NCBI RefSeq assembly: GCF_009914755.1
Contig: NC_060939.1
Origin: the human T2T-CHM13v2.0 reference genome, Homo sapiens
Direction: 5' to 3' (one strand)
Length of the DNA stretch: 64,000 bases
Below, piece after piece: positions 14,264-26,861 of this stretch. A program made the position numbers and the translations under genes. The first letter of the stretch is position 1. Every line of letters starts with the position of its first letter. The notes below the pieces were generated by a model. The model was not told where the DNA came from. It was given only the letters and a program-made list of their open reading frames with translations, and searched no databases.

Positions 14264-14534
14264 AGCTGGGTGCAGTGGCTCACACCTGTAATCCCAACAC
14301 TTTGGGAGGCTGAAGCAGGAGGATCACTTGAGGCCAGGAGTTTAAGATCAGCCTGGGCAACAGAGCAAGACATAAAAATTTAAAAAATTAGCCAGAAATG
14401 GTGGCACATGCCTGTAATCTCAGCTACTCGGGAGGCTGAGGCAGGAGGATTGCTTGAGCTCAGGAGTTCGAGGCTGCACTGAGCAGCCTGAACTCCAGCC
14501 TGAGTGACAGGGTAATATCCTGTCTCAAAAAAAA
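14264..14534 (+). mobile_element. Alu (AluJ-like)
   Basis: Dimer with small deletions. Confidence 0.92.
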
Positions 14535-15299
14535 GGGAAATTATCACAGAGTTAGGAGACTAGATAATGAGTCAGATTGATCAGATTTAAAAAATTAACT
14601 GACAGAGAAATAAATGAGCACAGGAATCTCACTAGACTATAAGACTGGGAGTATGAAGTGGAAGCACAGAGATATTAATGCAGATGAAGGAGAAAAGGAG
14701 GAAGTATAAACAAAATGTCATGATACAATGAAACGTAAAGACACTGTTCAACTTTCCTTAGATGAGGAATCCTTTATGGAAGCTTTTTTAAAACAATAAC
14801 TTATTCTTTATGTAGCACTTTATACTTTTTCAAAAATATTTTCCTATCCCTTCTCTCAGTTCATACAACAGAGGAATTTCAGAATTACACATGGAGCTTA
14901 TAGATAAGTCCATCTCAAACGCTAGCATTTCTCTATGAGCTGTCACATGATATGACCAAGATCCCACCGCTCTTTAACAGTAGAATCGAGACCAGAAGCC
15001 AAGTCTGACACATCACCATATACACAACAGGCACTACCATCTTCGTATCACACAGTAAGACACTAAAGCCCAGGGAGGTCATAGCACATATAGAATCACA
15101 CACAAGGCAGAGGAACAGCCAAATTGAAAACCTAGCTACCAATTAACTCCAAGTCCAAAGTTCCTCAAGTAGAAACAATCTTCTAGATAGTTTTCGCTTT
15201 ATATTTTACCAGTGACACTGTAGCATACCTTTACCTCACCTCCTTTTTATATAAATTAGCATCTTATTTATCTTTACCCTAAATGCCTGCAGTCCAGGT

Positions 15300-15830
15300 T
15301 CTGAGGCTTTTTTGATAGTTAACAGAGCTGTTAAAAGATTTTGAGTAGAGGAGGTATAAACAGATTTGTACTTTAGATATGTTAGTCTTGTGAAATGTGG
15401 AAGGTGGGCACAAGGCAAGAGGTGAGGCAACCAGTTTGAAGGCTTCTGCACACGTCCACTCAAAAGAGAAAGTTTAAAACAGAGCAGTGGCAGAAGGAAA
15501 GGGAGAGGAGAGGACATTGGAGACACACTAACGGTAAAATTTTTAAGACTTAACTGGATTGGGAAGGGGTGGAGAATAAAGGGATCAGGAGATAAGAAAA
15601 AAGAGTCAAGGATGATCCCAAGTTTCTTGCTTGGATAGTTAATGTACCACCTACTAAAATAGGGAATAAAAGAGAAACAGGTTTGGAGAGAGACGAGTTC
15701 ACTTGTAGATAGGTTAAGATTGGGGTAACCCAACTCATTCGGGTGGAATGTCCATCAAAGAGTCAGATATATGAATTTAGAGTTTAAAAAGAAGTCAGAA
15801 CAAGAGATTGAAACCATTAACACATATGTG
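15300..15830. mobile_element. Degraded L2 fragment
   Basis: gagtcaaggatgatcccaagtttcttgcttg and neighbouring L2-like motifs. Confidence 0.55.
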
Positions 15831-15986
15831 GTAAACATATATGCAATATAATTATTTCTCTTAAAGTTATTTTTGAAAAAATTTTTATATGTCTAAAACA
15901 AACATATTACTTACTCTAACCAAAGCCTTACATATCATATACCTTGAAAACAAAAATCTTTCTTTACTGAATCTGGGTATACCTAC

Positions 15987-16107
15987 CAGTGCGTAACCCT
16001 CTTCATCTGATTCAGGCTGAGACAAATCAGATTCACTCCTCGATTTGATCAGTCTATAATTTGGGCTTGTGTGGACTAGCCGGCTCTCTGCAGTAAGACT
16101 TTCACTC
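15987..16107 (-). CDS. HERC1: HERC1 coding exon (~exon 24)
   Basis: 121 nt, phase 2-0; SESLTAESRLVHTSPNYRLIKSRSESDLSQPESDEEGYAL. Confidence 0.95.
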
Positions 16108-16564
16108 CTGTCTCACATGTACAAAAAAAAAAGTTTTTTGATTTAGGACTGTTAGTGAACATAAAATTGAATGGAATTGGAGCACAGAGATAATATACAC
16201 ACACAGGGAGGAGTAATGTCAGTTGACAGGAAATCCTGACTCTTGTCTGAGCACAAAGACCTTCTCAAAATAATTTGCATGTCACTAAACTACAGAGCAA
16301 TGCAAGTAACTTCACATGCTTTTTCACTGCTGTTGTTTATATATATGAAAAATTGTGCCTCCTCATTTAATCAGAAATTTATAGCCCATGCTGAATCAGT
16401 ATCAGTATTTACTTTACTTTAAGTTCATCCTAGTCAATTTGCATTTCTTCTTTCATGTCTATGTTAACATCAGAACACTGTAACTTTGGAAACAAACCAT
16501 TTCAGTGCATAAAGTAATAAAGGGAAGTGAGTAGGTCATGTTTTCAGTGTCTAGTCAGTCCCAC

Positions 16565-16877
16565 CTGGTCATAAGTCCACCCCCTTCAGAGGCACTTGTT
16601 GAAGGTTGCTGCAACTGTCCTTCTTCTCTTCGCTTCTGAAGCTCATCTATCACAGGACTTACTCCTAATATTAACAGGGCACACCGATGGATCACGGAGT
16701 TGCATGCAGCAGTGTACACATCCTGACCCTCAGGAAGGTCTGTGCTGACCCTTCGCTCTTGCTGAGACTGAGGAGGTGGATCATCAGCTCGAGCCCCAGA
16801 CCCTGCCCCACTGTTCATTCTATCTCGGTCTCGGCTACGAGCTACTTCACGGGCTGAGAGGAAACACTGAAAGATTT
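16565..16877 (-). CDS. HERC1: HERC1 coding exon (~exon 23)
   Basis: 313 nt, phase 1-2; IFQCFLSAREVARSRDRDR...SEGGGLMT, ends AG|gtggg. Confidence 0.96.
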
Positions 16878-17153
16878 CTGTAACATGCAACACAAAAACA
16901 AGGTCTTAACACATGGGGAGAGAAGAGCAAAGAAAATAACAATAAAAATAGTCAAAAAGTTTGGACCAAAAACTTACTGAAAGAGGGAAAAATTATTTTT
17001 TAGACATTATATACAACATAGTTAACTTAGTTAAAATTACATTTAAAATATACTAAAATACTATATTTTCATAAAAATTACATTAGGAAATACTAATCTG
17101 CCTTTACAGAATTTTAATGTAATCACAATTCAAATGTTATTAATGAATTGGAT

Positions 17154-17340
17154 CAGTTATTTTCAACGTACGGTCCCAGACCAGCAGTACCCACATCATC
17201 TGGGCACTTGTTAGAAATGCAAATTATCAGGCCCACCCCAGACCTTCTGAATCAGAACCTCTAGGTGGGGGACCCAGCAATCTGTGTTTTAAAGGCCCTT
17301 CAGCTGATTTTGAAGCCCATAAAAGCCTGTGAAGCACAAG
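17154..17340. mobile_element. MER5A-like DNA transposon
   Basis: catctgggcacttgttagaaatgcaaatt...ccccagacc...tgaatcagaa. Confidence 0.8.
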
Positions 17341-17740
17341 GTTAGGTAAAAATAACTGCTTATTTCTGAAACGTTCACAAGCTTGGTGTGAAAAATGTGA
17401 GGTTTCAAAAGAAAAAAAAAACGGACAAAATTTAAGTTATATTAGTTACAACAAAAAATTCCCTTTCCCCTTCCAAAGTCCATATAATCCCTACCATCTA
17501 CACTTTGCTGTATCTTAAACACATTAAATAAGCACTGTCACTAAAGGTCTTTGCTGAAACAGAATTTAGTTTTAATATATGGGGCAAGATTGCCTCCAGA
17601 GTGAGATGGCATCACCAGGAATACCCATCTGATGCCAGCCTTTCCATCAGTGGAGTTAACAAGGTTCTGATGCAGTGGTAGATATTTCACATTAGAAAAG
17701 AAATTTTTTGCACAAATTTGGAGCGAAGACAGTATTCTTC

Positions 17741-18056
17741 TTTTTTTCCTTTTTCTGTTTTTTTTTTTTTTTTTTTTGGAGATGGAGTCTCACTCTGTCG
17801 CCCGGGCTGGAGTGCAGTGGCACGATCTCGGCTCACTGCAACCTCCACCCCCAGGTTCAAGCGATTCTCCTGCCTCAGCCTCCTGAGTAGCTGGTATTAC
17901 AGATGCGCGCCACCACACCGGCTAATTTTTTGTATCTTTAGTAGAGATGGGGTTTCACCATGTTGGCCAGTCTGGTCTCGAACTCCTGACCTCGTGATCC
18001 GCCTGCCTCGGCCTCCCAAAGTGCTGGGATTACAGCCGTGAGCCACCGCACCTGGC
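17741..18056 (-). mobile_element. Alu (AluSc/Y-like)
   Basis: Full dimer; TSD aagac(a/g)gtattctt. Confidence 0.95.
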
Positions 18057-18261
18057 CCAAAGACGGTATTCTTAATGGGAAACCAGGCCAAAAAAGTTGG
18101 TAAAATACTAAATTCATCAGTTAATATGGAAGTACAAACTTTAAAAATTGATCTGTATATTTTATAAAATTGTGACAATATTTTTGTTATGCTATTAAAA
18201 GTCCCTTATTTCTACAAAAATCAAAGCAATAAACCCTCTCAGAGTCCAGAGCTAGAAATCA

Positions 18262-18490
18262 ATTAAAGTGGTTAAGAGAATGGTCATTGGTGTTTGGGGC
18301 AGACCTGCTTCTAATTCTAGCTGCTACTAACTGTAGCCTAAGTCATACAATTTTGCATCCTTAAACCTTAGTTCATTCATCTTTAGAATGAGGTAGTACT
18401 AGAACTTTAGACAGTTATGATAATGAGCTAATCTATGCAAAGAACTTGACCAGTGCCTGGCATATATAGATGCTCTAAAAGCATAGCTAG
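18262..18490. mobile_element. MIR
   Basis: ccttagttcattcatctttagaatgagg; cagtgcctggcatata MIR-like motifs. Confidence 0.6.
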
Positions 18491-19161
18491 TTTAAAAAGT
18501 GTTAGTTCCCAGATGACTATCATTCTTTTATTGTAATTGAGGGTTATACTTTACTATATTTTCACCTTCAGTCTGCTTCCAGGAATTTCTAAACTAAATT
18601 TATATTCAACTGCAAAAGTTCCCTCAGCCTAGGTTTTTAAAATACAATTATTTTCCTTCCCCATCTCCAACTCCCTTTACTCCATTTGGATCTTTTTCCT
18701 TTTGTTTAAATTATGTTTAGTCTTGTTTCAAGCCCCCTCAAAAATCATTTTTAGAAGTATGCAGAACACAAATAAGTTGATAATAAAGTTAGGGCCAAGT
18801 TAATTGACAGATACAGACAATCTCAAAACCAAAGGCATTGCTGATCATGTTTTAGGGTACCGACTGAATGCACACTTTAACTGGAAATAGCCAAATCACT
18901 CAAAAGATACTAATAAATGTTTTAAAAACTTGATACTTCTCTTTAAACATATAAATAACTACCTTTAAAAACTATCTGAGCCTTGGAATATAAAGGTATG
19001 AAAAGTTTTATGCACCCAGTCAATAGCAGTCTCATGTAAATTCTTGCTCCCTATCGAAACAGCAGTGTAGTCAGTGGGTGAAATTTATAATTTTAGAAGT
19101 TCCACACATGGAAAACATTATGGCTCTCCTAATAGGCATAGAAAGGGGCTCTCTTCCTCAC

Positions 19162-19308
19162 TGCTCAGACGTCTTCGAGGCTGGTGGACAACTTGTTGCC
19201 CCAGAGGACATATTTTGAATGGCCCTATCTGATGACTCATGAGTTTCATTTCATGATGAGGCTCAGTGAAGCAGGTACTGACATTCCTGCTTCCAGAGCT
19301 TCTCAGCC
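19162..19308 (-). other. Candidate in-frame cassette exon, 147 nt, phase 1-1
   Basis: ttacatattcag| acceptor (modest), GCA|gtgagg donor, 48 stop-free full codons in the HERC1 frame. Confidence 0.3.
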
Positions 19309-19512
19309 CTGAATATGTAACCCAAAAGCATCAGAATAGTACTAGCACAGTTGTAGGAGCCCCTGTCAGCTAACACAAATTGAGATCACCAGCAGAATAT
19401 AAAGTCCTTTTAGAAAAACTATGGAGAAACTTTGCCTTTCTCTTTCAAGTTAGTTCCCCTATCAAAAAGCATGCCACAGTTTGTATCTAGAAAGTAAGAA
19501 GGGTATACTCAC

Positions 19513-19684
19513 TGCCAGCTGTCATCACTTCATGTTCCCGTTCCTCCTCTTCATCCTCTGGCTCCGGATGCCCCTCTTCCCGGTCTCTCTCAGCCTGTTC
19601 TTCCATTTCAGCTTCTTCATCAATAGTTCGAGTAAATGAATGCTCCTGAGGATCAACATCTGCAGAGTCCTGGTTTTCTGATAT
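19513..19684 (-). CDS. HERC1: HERC1 coding exon (~exon 22), acidic low-complexity segment
   Basis: 172 nt, phase 0-1; ISENQDSADVDPQEHSF...EPEDEEEEREHEVMTAG. Confidence 0.96.
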
Positions 19685-20782
19685 CTTAAAGAAATTATCA
19701 GAAACTACACTAAATACATTTTTTCCAAAATCTTTTTAAAACTTTAAAAAACCTTTAATTTTTTATCATGGAAAATATTGTTGATATCAGTAATAACACA
19801 TGAACTTTACTACAAAAACCCAAAAGATACACTAGATAAATCTTATAGAAATAATGTATGTACACAAAATATATAGACACATATATGCTCTTCCTTCCTC
19901 ATTATTTTGATTAAAATATCATGCTGTAAATTTATTCATATCTATATTGCTATTCAGCTATAAATTCCTACAGAGCTGCAACTTAGTAAGTTGTAATGAA
20001 CATGATACCAAGCATAAAAGGTAATTAAGGCAGAGAATTTTTATTCTATTCCATTTTCTTCAAGTTGTTTATGTTACTATTACTCTGCATAAATGTTTAA
20101 TAATTCTAAATTTAAAACAGTATTGGTTTTAATTTTTTTTCTTTAACTTTGCCCCTGAACAAACCAAAAATTAGAAATCTGCTAAGGACAATGTTAACTT
20201 GATTTCCCACAGTGGTTTCTACCTAGCAGTCATCTAGACAAAGAAAAGAATCCTTAAAACAGATACTCAGACAGTCATAAATACCATTCAGTATAAAGCA
20301 CAAATGAAAAATTTTAATTGTTATCATCAGATCCATCATAAAAGTTACCTGTGACTCATGACCATTAAATAATTTAAGACTTTTACAGAGATGGGGATAC
20401 AGAGTAGTCAGACTCACACAGTACATGTCATTTATCCCCATATATGAGTTTCAAATATGAGCCTCAACAAAATGGCAAATTAATACATTTCATGGACTTT
20501 CAAGGTCACCAACAAACAGATCCACAAATACTAAGTCAGTATATGACAAAAGTCTACAAATGGAGAGAAAGAGTTTGGTTTTTTAAATCTAAGGACTAAA
20601 TAATGGAGTGCAAAGCATCTGATTAGTTAAGTTTCAAAGTCAGCACTACAAAGATAATGTTTTATTATCCAGGCTTGCATTTATAATTTTACGATCATGT
20701 TATCAAGATTACCAAGCACTTTAGAAATTATCTCCTTTTTGCTGCAAGAATTACTTCTGGACTGTTCTTAATAAGTAGTTTC

Positions 20783-21097
<315 letters not shown>

Positions 21098-21293
21098 CAA
21101 GTAGTTTCAATCTTCATTTCCAATGGTAGACAACTCTAATCATCAGAAAGCCTATTTTCCTAACATTCAGCTAAAATGATTCCCCATTTGATTGTTACCC
21201 TTTCGTCCTAGTTGTGTCCTCCGGAACAAGGAAAACATTTATTTCCTCTCTTACAGAGAAGCTCTTTAAGTATTTTTAAGGCAGCTATTATGT

Positions 21294-21294
<1 letters not shown>

Positions 21295-21335
<41 letters not shown>
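21295..21335. repeat. (CA)n microsatellite, ~20 units
   Basis: Direct reading. Confidence 0.97.
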
Positions 21336-21339
<4 letters not shown>

Positions 21340-21788
21340 ACCCCCTCCTTGGTTTTCACTTCTCTAAGCTGAATATTTTTGATACTTTCTAGTCCTTCTA
21401 TGACATAATTTTTGGACTTTATCAATCCAAGGTATTGCTTAATGTCCCTCATAAATTATGGCACCCCAAATTAAACAGGATAATTCAAATGTGGCCCAAT
21501 CAGCACAAAGAGAGGAATAATCATTCATATGATTTGAATCATTCAATTTGTTATTAATATTTATGCAGCCAACTAAAGTTTCTTAGAACCAATATCACAC
21601 TTGGTAAATGTGAGGTTAAGTAAATCTCAAATCTTTTCCTTTTTTTTTTTCTGCTAGGAAAAGAACTACTCAACATGTATTGAACATATGCAATAACCAA
21701 GGCACATTTTTTTCTCACATAAACCAATTTAGAGCTAGCTCTCACAGCTTGCAGAAAAACATAGAAATTAATTGATTTCAAACTTTAC

Positions 21789-21909
21789 CCATCTGTCCCG
21801 TGATGATGACCTTGTTTGAATAAGTTCAAGGTTCTTGCAAGCAAGTAAACGACTTCGAACTTTGTATACACAACGGTACACTTCTGATAAGTGTTTACCA
21901 GGTTGATAT
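21789..21909 (-). CDS. HERC1: HERC1 coding exon (~exon 21)
   Basis: 121 nt, phase 2-0; YQPGKHLSEVYRCVYKVRSRLLACKNLELIQTRSSSRDRW. Confidence 0.96.
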
Positions 21910-21997
21910 CTAAATGAAGAACCAAAATAGAAAAGTTACCTAATTTCTGACATCATGAGAGCAAATATTTGTCTGAGGATAGTTTTAAGTTACTTGC

Positions 21998-22112
21998 CGG
22001 CTTTCTCCACATGCTTGACTAAGTAAATTTGTGTGTTTCAGAAGAGCTGCAAGAACAAATCTAGACACAGTGTCCAAGAGTGACTCATTACTTAAAGTTG
22101 CACTGTCCCAAT
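21998..22112 (-). CDS. HERC1: HERC1 coding exon (~exon 20), GC donor
   Basis: 115 nt, phase 1-2; DWDSATLSNESLLDTVSRFVLAALLKHTNLLSQACGES; frame with the next exon requires donor CG|gcaagt. Confidence 0.93.
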
Positions 22113-22229
22113 CTGAAAATAAAAATGATGCATTGACATTTAAAAGGGCTCAGAAAACAGTTCAGAGGTAATTTTTATAGCTTTAGTCATCCAACACCTG
22201 AATTTTATCATCTTTCTAAACTGTTACTT

Positions 22230-23170
22230 AACAAATGCACCTCATTAGATCCCACTTACTGTTCCAAGCGCTGTGGATATAGCAGTGAACAAAACTAAAT
22301 CCCTGATCTAACAGAGCTTATATTATTGTTAGGAGGAGCAGGGTGGGAGATAAAATTTAAAAGAAAACATTAATATGACAGGTAAGTGCTATGAGGGAAA
22401 ATAAAGCAGGGTAAGGAGAACAGGGAGTACTGTATATGTGGGATTACTATTTTATATAAGGTGGTCTGGGAAAGTTTCTGATAAGGTTACATTTGAGCAG
22501 AGATCTAAATGAAGTGGGGGAAAAAGCTTGTGAAAATGGGTCCCCTCAGAAAAAGCTAGTGCAGAGGATCTGGGATGGGTTCAAGGAGGCCAGTGTGGCT
22601 GGGGCAAACCGTGCATGCACAGAATGGGTAGAAGACATCAGAGAGCTGGCTGGGGACCAGATCCCAACGGCCTTGCAGGCCAGTACAAGTCCTCCAGGTT
22701 TTACTCGGGGAAAAATGAGAAGCAGCATTAGAAGGCTTTGAACAGAGATACAACATGATCTGAGATGTATTTTTGAAAGCTCACTCTGCTGAGTGGAGAA
22801 CTGACTTATAGGGACAGCAATAGCAGAAGTAATTATTGCAGTAATTCAAGTGAGAAATGATGATGACTCAGAAAAAGGTAAGAGCAGCGAAGGTAATGAC
22901 AAGTGGCTGGAGAGTCCACATGCATTTTGAAGGCAGAATTGACAGAATTTGTTGATAGATCAGATCTGTGATGTGAGAATATGAGAGAAGTCAAAGGTGA
23001 TTCTAAATGTATTTAAAATGTAGTTGGCATTTACTGAGAAAGGAAGACCACATGAACAGTTTCGAGGGTAGGGAGCTGGAATCAGGAGTCTAGTTTTGAA
23101 TACTCTCCATTAGACATTCTAGAGGAGATAGTGAGTAAACTAGTCAAATATACATGTATCTGGTATTTGA
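22230..23170. mobile_element. L2 fragment
   Basis: cacttactgttccaagcgctgtggatatagcagtgaacaaaac; caaggaggccagtgtggctgg L2 motifs. Confidence 0.7.
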
Positions 23171-23315
23171 TGCCATAAAAGTATATACTGTGAATACAAG
23201 TACATTTAAGTGGGTAAGAAATGAAACAACATTTCTTAAAACAGAAATGAAGACATGTAGTTGAAAACCGAAATCACAACATTAGATGATGAGGACTAGT
23301 CAGGTGCTTTTTCTT

Positions 23316-23317
<2 letters not shown>

Positions 23318-23358
<41 letters not shown>

Positions 23359-23503
23359 GACAGGGTCTCACTCTGCTGTCCAGGCTGGAGTGCAGTGGTG
23401 GCTACATAGCTCACTGCAGTCTCAAACCCCTGGGCTCAAGCGATCCTCCTGCCTCAGCCTCCTAAGTAGCTAGAGTTACAGGCATGAGCTACCACACTCG
23501 GCC
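23318..23503 (-). mobile_element. Alu monomer with ~36-nt poly-T
   Basis: Single Alu arm. Confidence 0.88.
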
Positions 23504-24463
23504 TCTTCCCATTCTTTAATTCTATGTTGGCACACCAGTATTGTACTTTAACAATGTAGTATATTCAGTAGATTTCAAATGGGGGTGGGAGAGTTATTGT
23601 CCACCCTGCTCCCAGAGGGACTGCTAGTCTCCGTTCATTTGACAGATTTGCTAAATATCTGGGCTACTTATAAACAAAACAAAACCAACAAAAAACACGC
23701 TTGAAAAATTTTTAGCCTCAAATTAATTTTGGTTCTTAATTCCTTCTTAAAACTCTCATCTCCAGAGATAAAAATGTTATATGCTGGTTTTCATTTCAGT
23801 ATGCCTAAGTCAGAAATTTAAGTTCAGACTTATCCTGCTTTATCAGTAAAAAAAATTGACAAGGACAAATATGCCAGATTTTAAGAAATTCTTACAGCCC
23901 ACAGAGAATCTTAGAATGACAATCCTCATCAGGCTCTTAGGAAATCATCCATTCCATGGAATTGCTTGCTATTCTGAGAACTGCTATGACTAAAAAATCC
24001 AACAAGACTCCATTTCAAGGAACCTAATATTCAATTTTAAAAGCAAACTAAAGTAACACTCTTTGTTGTGTTTTAAATTTAGCAGGTATTACTCTCCTAT
24101 GCCATTTTTAAAATAATGGGTTCCTTTAAAACACCTTCATTAAAATTATGTTCATTTCATACCAAACAACAAAGAATGTTTCCACTATTCAGGAATAAAG
24201 TCTATGCTTACAGTGTATAAGCAATACAACAAACAGACCCATACAACAAGTTTTTATTCACCTTATATCTAGTTTTTTTTTTAGTTCTCACTGCAAGGTA
24301 ATAAGTGATAATGTGGTATAGAAAACCTAACTGCACATCCCAAGCAAATGTTACAAATATGAAATATCAGAAAATACATCTTAGAAAGTAAACTTTTTTC
24401 CTCCTCATTACTATTTCACCTCTGGTAGGAGTCACCACAACAGAATGAATGAATAAATGATTA

Positions 24464-24811
<348 letters not shown>

Positions 24812-25090
24812 TTATTGGCAGATCTGAATAATATGTATCTCATTTCATTTTCTTTATAAAAAATAAAGGCCAATAAAAAGTAAAAATGTATTTATTTTTG
24901 CCATTTTGATCACACAAGAAAGAAAATCCAAAAAAAATGGACAAAACTAATGACAGGATAAGAGAATGACACAGAGAAAGAAAACTAGAGATAGGTGATT
25001 CTGAACAATCCCGATCATCGTTAAAAAAACAAAGGAGCTAAAAAGAAATCAGGTACAGCCTTTGAAAATATGTACATAAAATTAATTTTC

Positions 25091-25399
25091 TTTGTTGTTG
25101 TTGCTTGTTTTTTGAGGCAGAGTCTCACTCTGTCACTCAGGCTGGAATGCAGTGGTGCAATCTTGACTCACTGCAACCTCCACCTCCTGGGTTCAAGTGA
25201 TTGTTGTCCTTTAGCCTCCCGAGTAGCTGGGATTACAGGCACACGCCTCCATGACCAGCTAATATTTTTTTGTATTTTTAGTAGAGACAGGGTTTTGCCA
25301 TGTTGGCCAGGCTGGTCTCAAACTCCTGACCTCAAGTGATACCTCCCACCTCAGCCTCCCAAAGTGCTGAGATTACAGGCGTGAGCCACTGTGCCCAGC
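25091..25399 (-). mobile_element. Alu (AluS-like)
   Basis: Full dimer; TSD taaaattaattttct. Confidence 0.94.
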
Positions 25400-25678
25400 C
25401 TATAAAATTAATTTTCTCAAATAATATTAGAAACTGAAATACCACCACAAACTTGCATAGTACTTTACCATGGTACTTAATAGTATATCTTATCTCAAAC
25501 TGGAATCTTCACCAGCACTCTAGAGTAGGCAAAATGTTTTATAGATGAATACTGACCACACCTATAGCTTAGACTTCTAAGTACACATCCTTTCAGTCAT
25601 TAAACCATGGCTTGCAAAGGGAAGATAATCGTTAAACAGACTCTTAAAATAGATCCATTTACATAGCACGGAATATAA

Positions 25679-26152
25679 CAGTCTCCCTTATCCATGATCT
25701 TGCTTTTCATGGTTTCAGTTACTTGCGATCAACTGTGGTCCAAAAATATTAAATGGAAAATTCCAGAAATAAACAATTCATAACTTTTAAATTGCATGCC
25801 CTTCTGAGTAGTATGATGAAATCTCACGAAGTCACTTAGTAACCCTCTTGGTTTTATGATCTACTGCTGCGGTATCACAGTGATTGTGTTCAAGTAACCC
25901 TTATTTTACTTAATACTGGCCCCAAAATGCAAGAGTAGTGATTCAGTTAGCATATTATTGTAATTGTTCTATTTTATTACTGTTGTTGTTAATGTCTTAC
26001 TATGCCTAATTTATAAATTAAACTTTACCATGGGCAAGTATGTACACACAGGAAAAAACGTAATGTATATAAGGTACGGTACTACCTGTGGTTTCAAGCA
26101 ATCTACTGGGAGTCTTGGAACACATCACCCGCGGATATGGGGAGACTACTAT
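25679..26152. mobile_element. MER44/Tigger7-like TcMar DNA transposon
   Basis: Inverted termini cagtctcccttatcc ... ggatatggggagactac. Confidence 0.75.
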
Positions 26153-26416
26153 ACTTCAGTAAAATGATTACCTATAAATGTATTATATAAATCTCAATTT
26201 TCACACAGTAGGTTTAAGTGGAATACATGTATATAAAAAATAGTTACACTATTTTCCACAAAGGGAAAAACAAATTGTTTAAAAATGTTAATAAAATATC
26301 TTTTTCTATTAAAAAAAAGGGTGATCCCTATAATTTTCACTTACATATATTGCATATATATTTGCGAGCATTATGAGCTAACTACAAATTTACTCCCTTT
26401 ATCTTCTTTATCTTAC

Positions 26417-26590
26417 CTTTACTAACAGCATAGTCCTGCATGCTGATCCAAAGGCTTCGGGCAGGCTCTTTAGAACAACCCAATGCCAAGTCTACATAGA
26501 CAGCAATTTCAGGCCGCAATTTATAATCAAAAGGCTTCTGTTCTTCATTTCCAGAAAGTGCTACTTCTAACAGGCAACTCATACATTTAT
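26417..26590 (-). CDS. HERC1: HERC1 coding exon (~exon 19)
   Basis: 174 nt, phase 1-1; DKCMSCLLEVALSG...WISMQDYAVSK. Confidence 0.96.
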
Positions 26591-26828
26591 CTAAAAAAAA
26601 TACTCACGTTACCAATTTTAACATCATAAATTTTGGTGCTACAGATAAAATCTTACCACATTTATTTAATGATTATGAAATGATAAACTTCAAACCATTT
26701 TAAGTAGATGCTACCAAGGTAAAGTCCTTTAATGTTTTTCAGTTGGAGGTAGTATCAACCCTTTTACATTCTCCAAAAGGATGTGACACTCTACCAATTG
26801 TGACACTCCAAAAAAACCTCTGGTATTT

Positions 26829-26861
26829 TGCAGTCAAATGCTTTACCTCTGAGCTATACCC
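26829..26861 (-). pseudogene. Retrocopied 5' half of tRNA-Cys(GCA)
   Basis: Minus strand GGGTATAGCTCAGAGGTAAAGCATTTGACTGCA matches the tRNA-Cys 5' half up to the anticodon; flanked by direct repeats ctctgg(ta/cg)ttttg. Confidence 0.85.

Noticed and set aside
15224-15243. Three stacked donor-like motifs (AG|gtgagg, AG|gtaaag, AG|gtatgc)
   Set aside because: No convincing upstream acceptor or coding frame; adjacent to degraded L2 sequence
19229-19312. ATGATGA and CTGA motifs resembling snoRNA C/D boxes
   Set aside because: On the + strand, antisense to the host gene, with no convincing terminal stem
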